In this document: positions 50,506 to 64,000 of the stretch, piece by piece
How the letters are laid out: the number at the start of each line of letters is the position of its first letter
Position numbering within the stretch: position 1 is the first letter of the stretch
Assembly: GCF_003704095.1 (NCBI RefSeq)
Contig: NW_020846063.1
Coordinates: 1,116,001-1,180,000, forward strand
Direction of reading: 5' to 3'
DNA: 64,000 nt
DNA from: Pocillopora damicornis
Lineage: Eukaryota
Notes under the pieces: generated by a model
Told to the model about the DNA's origin: nothing
Seen by the model: only the letters and a program-made list of their open reading frames with translations
Database searches by the model: none
Made by a program: the position numbers and the translations under genes

Positions 50506-53500
50506 TTACTTCAACACCTTCACAATCAGACCAAATAACAAAAGAAAAATTGCAGCATTATGGGTCACTGTTGGAAGAACATCTTTTTCAAAGGATTCCC
50601 GTGACACATAAACAAATGGAAGCCATCCATGAAAGATCTGAAAAGACATTGTTTCACATATTCATCAGAGAAAAGCCTAATTTATGTCAGAAAATTATAT
50701 CAATATGATATTGAGAACCAACCTTGAGATGTGTTACTCTTCCAAGACACCGTAACCTGAGATCTATGCTGAAAATGAAATCAACAGAAAAAATTATAAG
50801 CCAACTGTAAAACTAGCTATTAGTAGCTAACTAACATGTATTAAAATGTCAATCAGATTGCGTCTTGCCCAAAGATAATAAAATAGGTAAAAAGCAGGGT
50901 GAATTTTTCTGTGCAGCCCCTGGAAGTTCCCATCCCTTTTAATAGGGCCACTGTAGATGACCCAATGAAAAGGTACACATATCCACGGACTCTTTCTATC
51001 AAAGTTAACAAGGAATAGAGTGTATGAAAAGTTCTTTTAGGGGAGGAGAAAATTGTAAATATGACATCAAACTTCTTGCTCATTTTTTCTAAGCAGGAAT
51101 GGGCCTACATATTGTTTTTTTACCTATCAGGAAAAAGGATGAGAAGGCCAAAGCCCTCCAAGAATTCTTTGTATGAAGCCCTTCTTGCATTTTCCTGAGC
51201 ATGACTTCTTGTACTTCACTAGTTTTCACTAATTACCCCCCCAACCCAATTAACTTTTCTAATCATCCAATTTTCAACAAACCCTGATACCAACCTGAAA
51301 AGAACATGATAATATGATCCTATGGCAGCCAAAGTGTGCCATACTGCATGTAGCTGTGTGAAAGGTCTAATAGGTGCAAACACTAAATTTCTTATTTCTC
51401 TGTAAAAATTAAAAAATAATAAATTTCATACATTTTCAAGGTATTGCTTCTAAGTAGAAATCTACCACAATCACACTGAACCTAACTTCACAACAACACA
51501 GTATTTAGGGAAGTGTCAAAAGCCAGAGTCTAAAAAGAGCCAAAAAAGTATACAAGCAAAACTTAAACTCCCATAACTGCTGCTGCTGTAGTTTATGTCT
51601 GATGCATAAAGTGGCGATGGCTCTTGCTCTTTCTCTTAGTTGGGATTGAAAGATAAATTTCAAGTGAAGTGTGTATTCAAATTTTTTCTTACCTAATAAC
51701 TGTAAATTAGTGGGAGAATAGTTACTCAATAAATTCAAAGTATGTAATTTTTGGTTTTCAGATGAATAATTTGTTAGACTGAGGAGAGGAAAATATTAAG
51801 GTGGTAACCAACAGTGGGTTCTTACCTTACAGATGGACAGAAGTTATTGTCAATGTTCCAAAGCATAAATCCAATAGCATAGCTAGAAGTAAAGTTAACA
51901 ACAATGTATTGTTATGCCATCTGTCAACACTACTCATCATCATCATCACCATCATCATTGATATGTTCATAATAACTGTTTAGAACTTCACAATTTAAGT
52001 GTTTACCTTGCAAGCGATATGAACAAAAGTTTCTTTGAACCTTTGTGTTTTCTGTCACATGAAATAAAAAATAGCATTACTCAACATGTAAGGAAGCTGA
52101 GCAAAACAAAGTTATACATGTATGAATATGAGTAAATTTTTCAAAGAGAGTAATATAGCATGAGCCTAAATGTTCTTGCCACATTCTTACTCCTCTTAAT
52201 AGGTAATCTATGCATTGGACATGAGAAGTGAGATCAGGCATGTTCTAGCCTTGTTGGACATGTTTGGTCCCAAAAAAGATGAAACTACACTAAAGAAATG
52301 ACCCAAAGCCTATGCAAGCGCTATATGGCTTGGAAGCAGTTGTTCACAGCTACTGCCTATCCTGAATGTAATGTTACATACTTCATTACTAACCATGCCC
52401 TTGCATTTTCTAACTTTATCCTCATTCTCAGACAGTTTCCAGCCCTTATTTACTCACCACCTCTTAATTTAATAACCATTTAATCAAGCAAAAACAAAAA
52501 ACAGTCTTAACCCTTAATCACCAAAGAGTGACTAGCATCTAAATTCTTCTCACAATATCACCCCTGAATCAACCATTAAGGTCATGAGATTAGAGGAAAT
52601 GATCACCAATTAACAAAGCTCTTGATTGTTAAACAGATTCTCATTGAAGATCCATAAGAAATGTAAAGAGAACAGTATGGAGAATATGCCTGCTGATGAT
52701 GGGGTGTGAAGGGTTGATAATGTGGACCACAAAATAAAATTATATAAACATATAATTATATAACTACTTACCTACAAGCCATACCAGTTTTGATAACAAG
52801 CGTAGCTACCAGAATACCATATGCCCACTAGAAAGCAAATGAAAAGCACACAAGCATTTTAAAATGCATGTGCTTGATTATCAATTAACCATTTAACTCC
52901 CAAGATCTGATTGTTAATTCTCCCGTTAAGCTGCTACACATTTCCTTGTAAATTAGTTATAAAAACTTGGTGCTTCTACCTGATAAGTTAGAATATTCTC
53001 ATTTCCTGTTTTTGAGTAATGTATGGATATTATAGGAAGAAGTTTCATGATAATCACCTGTGGGAGTTAAGGGTTAGTAAAATCACCTGTACATGAGTTT
53101 GTAGACACATGTGAATGCTATGAGATTTTCCTATCTATCTGCAAATGTATTGTTGCAGAGCTCAATTTCACTGAACACATACCTGAAATATTAGTGGGTT
53201 TACAACAGTCAAATATACCTGGAGACAAAAGTAAAATAATTTAGGGTTCAATTCTCCCTGTAGTCTCTTCAGAATTTAAAAATCATGACTGAAATAAATT
53301 ATTTTGTACAGTGCACCAGATTTGTGTTTGCATCTTGCTTACACTTAACATATTACCAGCAATACATGAGAGTCTGTAATACAAAGCCAATTGTTTTAAC
53401 TGCTTTTGAAAATACATCACTTTTTCAGTTTTAGTTGGCTAAGTATGGTAATAATCATATCAATTTGCATCTTCAGACTATATGCTCTATAGCTAACCAA

Positions 53501-56500
53501 AAGGGGTGGTTGGAAATTTCAGAGAGAGGAGGAAGGGTTTGCAAACTTACTAAAGGGGTTAAACATACAAAATTATAAATTTCAATAGCAGCAGATTGGA
53601 GGGGGGAAAGGTAAGGAAGGGCTCATTATAACAAAAAAGCCACAAGCAGGTAAAAAAAATTTTCTGGAAAAACACATCATTATCACTATTTTTTCATCCT
53701 CTTACATTTCTAACAAAGAGAAAGTTGTTATAACTTTCAGTTAGTACCTCATAAATCTTATAATGATAACATCTTACCAAAGTGATCATGGCACAACAGA
53801 CAATAAGGCATAATGTAAGAGTTTGGTTGTGATCCCGTGGACGATGAGAACAATGACAACTGAGTAAAAAAGAACTAAAAATTATTGCAAAAGTAAAGTC
53901 TTCAAAGACTTCTCAACATTTCTTCCTTTTTTACCAAAAAAAAGGAATGACATATTTGTTATTTCTTTATGTCAGAAGTCAAAGTTGTATAATTTAAATT
54001 AATGCAAAAGTCAAGAGAACTTAATCTAATTTCAGTTCAACTTTTCATTTCCCTTAACAAAAAATTTGTTAAAAAAATATTTCAGTGAGGATTCTGGTCA
54101 ATAGAACAAGACTCCTCTAGATATGGAATAATTTCAAGAGAAGCACATAATTCAAACAAAGTACCAGCATAAAAAAAAAACATTATTTATAAATAAAATA
54201 TATTTTTTAATTTACTTACATGCAGAATATCAACACACAAGTTCCATAAATCATTGGAAGCTCATCAAGTAGCTATCAAGATAATAATAAACAGATCACT
54301 GGATATAAAATCATTAAAACAATAGGAGAGGTTTTATTGGCTTAGCTGCATGTATATCAGCAATTATTTCATGATCATCACTAAGATTTTCTCATAAATA
54401 AGAATCATCCTCCTGTTGTGGTTAATTAAAGTATTATGTTTAAAATTATTGTAGCCATAATTTTCAATTGAATAATAAATTAAGAAAAGTTATTTTTCCC
54501 ATGCTCGTTGGGTAACAGCCTGTGTTTTAAGCTAACTTGGTGTTTTACAACTCATTGGAGCCTGTTTTCTATTTTCTAGAAATAGAAAACCGAATATATA
54601 TTCAGAGAAAGTTCTTGATGAAAAAAAAGTGTGATAAAATGGAAAGGGAGCAGTAATAACTGAAAAGATAAATGACAACTAGTTTAATCAACAGGTAAAA
54701 TGTTCATTAATCAGCACAACCTTACCTGCATTTCATACAACAGAGTCGCATGAAAACATGATGATCCTATTCCTATAACTAAAATAAACATTTGTATATC
54801 AATGATTATGATGACAAATTCTCACAAAAAGTCAGCTGGCATAGCAACAAGAACATGTAATTCACTGAGAGAAACATCTTTTAGTGGATGGTATGCAGGT
54901 AACCCATTAAACATATGAAATTTAAATAAACAGTAACAATATCAAATTTTAAGAGATATTAAGGACTGGTAGCCAAAATTTTCTCACTTTCTTATTTCAA
55001 ATGCGATGGGTAAACATATTTCAATTAAAATGCTCTGCATTATGGTGTCTTTGTAGTTTATCACATCAGTTTTGAGAAATTACTTATGACATACATCAGA
55101 CACATTTATAGGCACGAAAAAGTTCAAGTTTCCTTTGTTTGTCATTTAACAATTTAAATAACTCTTGAAGAGTTAGCTAGCTGAAGGAAAATTGAGTCAT
55201 ATAACTTGGCATATGATCTTCAAAAATGAAGTAAGTTTAAGTAAAGAAAAAACTTGGGTAACATTTTATAAAAATTTACCATAAGAAAAATCATGCATAA
55301 AACAAACAATGCAAAATTTGACTCAAGGGTGGTTATGCCCTTACCCTTTTGAGCAGATTTTGCCTGGAGAGATGCATTCTAAGTTAATTATTAGTTAGAA
55401 TATTTTTCCATTATGGATCACAGCTGGCTCAACATCCAATTACAACCCATCAATAATAACAAACCTCTCAGGAATCTTTAAGGACAAGTCCAAATTTGTT
55501 GTTTGTTTTTTATCTCTTTAAAAATCTTAACAAAATTTACATGCAAATTCATTATCTTGAAGCCAGCTGAAATTCTGAATTTTAAATTACAAGCTCCCAA
55601 CCTTTCAATAGACCTACATCAGATGTATGCAAATGAAGACAAAATGCTGGACAAAACAATAAAAAGTAAGCTTTGTTTATCTCCTCAAGTCTCTAAGAAG
55701 TGTGTTTCTTTATGTTTTGCCTTCTGTTCAGGGTCACATTTTCAGTGTTACCAAAGAAGTCTTCAAAATCACATTTCAAATATCAGGGGAATTAATGGAA
55801 TAGATACAGTTATGATCATATTTCCACATAAAAAATTAAAAAAAAGTAAAATCCTCATCTTGAGCCTACTCTTTGAAAACAAGATAGAGTTAATTAAGAT
55901 AATTTTTTGCTTAATCCCTCAAAGATTACCTAGCAATGATACAAAGGCCAAAGTGTATCTTCTCTCTATTTTATACTCCCATGTTAAAACTGCTCCAAAA
56001 AAGGGTGGAATTAAAAAAACCCAGTTGCTTATGGTGTTCCCTAGATAAAAAGAAAAAAAAGGACAAAAAGTTGAATAAATACGTAACACAACTTTACTGA
56101 CAAGAGAAAAGAGTATAAACCATCCATTAACGGTGAAAACCAAGCCTAAAGGGTTGTTTTCTTTTTTTGTTTTTTTTCATTTTCCTTAACTGGTATTGAT
56201 TGTCCTAAGGGTCATATCAATTACAAAATCAATATAACGGAGGTAGCTATTGCTGGAGGAAATTTGAATAATTTCAACCCTTACTAGAGGCCACGTCAGG
56301 TTTGCTAGAACAGAGGATGAAAGAAAAATGATTTTCAATCTGGAAGAAATAAAAATTTTGTTTTGTTACGTAGCTGCGAGAGTTTTTAGTAAGAGTTAAA
56401 TGAAATTAGTACTTATGTTTGTCTATATCTGTGACATTCAAATTCACATCTTAACACCTCTGACTATGGTTATTCTATAAATACATGATCGCCTTTTAAG

Positions 56501-56943
56501 CTTAAACTGTCAGGGGAAATTTCAGGGTTGTTTAATAATGAAGTACAGTTTCTAAAAACAAATTAGGTAGCATGCAAAGATTTTGGCGTTTCCTAAACAA
56601 CAAAAAATCCCTCTGATCGTAATGAAACTATTTTGAGTGCATAAACACCGTGCGATCGAACACTTGTAAAATATGACCAACGTTGGCAGACATGTCCAAC
56701 TAAAAAATCAACACAATGCGTGGAGGGTATTTTTATTTTAAAACGATGTGGTGCAAGCCATTTTAATCGCTAATAAGCGGCTACAACCCAAGATCAACAG
56801 CTGCGTGGTATGAATACAAAATTCCACTTACAGAACTCCGCCAGGTATGATGTTACAGCATAGTTTTCCTCGCACCAATCGATCGTGGAGGTTGCTTCGC
56901 CCCAGAATCCCTCGTCATTGCCACTGGTCGAAATAGGTGCCAT
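50506..56943 (-). CDS. ACER3: Alkaline ceramidase 3 (CREST family, 12 small exons; mostly missed by the ORF track)
   Basis: Exons 56832-56943, 55930-56040, 54726-54778, 54220-54272, 53778-53859, 53183-53218, 52772-52827, 52007-52051, 51826-51882, 51295-51399, 50723-50768, 50506-50637, all in phase. [55 protein letters not shown]. Confidence 0.93.
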
Positions 56944-57169
56944 TTTTAGTATCACCCACGCTGTGCAAGTCGATCTGTTACCTCAACAGTAATTGCGCAC
57001 CGGTAATGTAGCCTCACGCCCCTAAACATCTCATTTAAATTCATAGCCGTGGAAATAAATGTTTTGTTTCTTGTAAATTTGTTTCCGCCGTTTTAAGGAG
57101 GGTCAGCGGTTCCCCGCCACAAATTTTAGCCGCTTTGACTCGTGGGATACTGCTAAGTCACGAACAAAG
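56944..57169. promoter_or_regulatory. Compact bidirectional promoter between ACER3 and PSMC6
   Basis: Divergent ATGs separated by 226 bp; relatively CpG-rich; YY1-like AAGATGGCG overlaps the PSMC6 start. Confidence 0.75.
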
Positions 57170-62690
<5,521 letters not shown>

Positions 62691-64000
62691 TGTAGAGTAG
62701 ACGTAGACTTCAGAAATCTTTTTTCTTTCAGTATGTTGTCGAAGTCCTAAATTTTCCTTCAATAAATCTAGGTATAGTGCCTGAGTGAAATATGAGAACG
62801 TAGTTCAATTGTGAACAGTGTAACTATGTTTTGCTCTGACATCATTGGGCCAAAAGATAGAGCTAAAAACTAACAACTAGCCAACACATTTGACAAAATG
62901 AATGAACATTGATTTCGCCGGATTTTTTCTAATTCCAAGATATATATTTAAGGAGTATATCCCCCATTGATAACGATTACAAAAGTTTTTCTCATAAATA
63001 CACTTCCCTGAAGGCCGGAAAGCAGATAGCGACGGTCTTAAAAATCACTTGTGTTAACCCGTAACTCCCAAGATCCGATTGGTAATTCTCCATTCGGCCT
63101 GCCGCACAATTCCTTGAAAGTCACATGAAAGAATTTGGTTTTGAATCAAGATGACTCCTTCCAGCTGACAAGCTAGTCTACTCTCACGACTCCTTTGAAG
63201 GATGTTGCATCGAAATCGTGAGGAGAAATGATATGTAGATCCTTTCTGGGGCGGTAAACTGCCATCAAACTCTCACATTAAAGTATGTCCTTTTATTTTG
63301 GACAGCGAAGTTGCGAGAGTCACAAGAATGATATCTGGTTACATCTGTCTGACTATAGATCCTCCTTTAATGTCAGTTTCTATGCATTAGTTTGTGTTTA
63401 CGGCAATAGATGATGGTATTACCGTTAAAAATTTTTTGTTCGAGAAATAAGACTTCTTTGCCTCAGGGGAGAACCGAAATAAGAGGCCAACTCCTCACCC
63501 CTCCCCTCCAGATCGTACCAAAAATAGTCTTGTCAAAAATAGCAACTAACTATAAGTGGATGTTATGACTTGTTACCANNNNNNNNNNCCCCCCCGAAAA
63601 AAACAAAAACAAAAGAACGAACAAGAGTGATTATTTTGCTTATCTAAACAGTGAGCAAAGTAAGCCTGCTTTTATTTTTTCCTCCAATTTTCGTTTCCTA
63701 GTTTTCGTGTTCTTATGAAAAATAGGATAGAAAAACATTTTTCCGGACTTCTCAAGATAAGAACAACCAAAACTATCGGCACGAAAATTATGTTTTAAAA
63801 ACATCGATGACATTTGTCGCGTATAACCGCTTAAAAGCAGATATTGTCATTTGGATAGGTTCAGAACAGACCGGGCGGTCGGGATAGCGATTTAAAAAAA
63901 AGGAAAAAATGTATGGTACAGTTGGCGGGCGGAAAGATAAAAGTTGTTTTCCTTGACGGCAGGATTCTATCATTTTGCATGTAGTATTGAACAAAACATC

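Noticed and set aside
55503-56048. 181-aa plus-strand ORF
   Set aside because: No ATG start or recognisable motif, low-complexity AT-rich, antisense to ACER3 exon 2 and intron.

Overview
AT-rich, intron-rich animal genomic DNA with several N gaps. The gene set and repeat landscape suggest a stony coral or other anthozoan (inference). Left to right: (1) a ~200-bp satellite and MITEs; (2) a minus-strand pseudogene for a secreted Ig/Fn3/HYR-like repeat protein, plus an intact-looking signal-peptide exon (HFRGG motif); (3) a DGAT2/MOGAT-family acyltransferase; (4) a phospholipid scramblase; (5) two tandem CYP3-clan P450s; (6) LINE fragments and a 48-bp minisatellite; (7) a tandemly duplicated alpha-1,3-fucosyltransferase (GT10) array: two complete, one gapped and one deleted copy; (8) Penelope and Helitron/Helentron remnants, the latter with a 2A-like motif, a herpes-tegument-like deubiquitinase and a DUF6570-like region; (9) ACER3 and PSMC6 head-to-head. 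Most notable: the run of lipid- and glycan-modifying enzymes, the 2A-DUB-Helitron architecture, minimal hammerhead ribozymes in inverted pairs, a foldback element with a 6-bp TSD, and a scramblase with Ala at a Ca2+-motif Asp. Exon coordinates were read by eye and may be off by a few bases.
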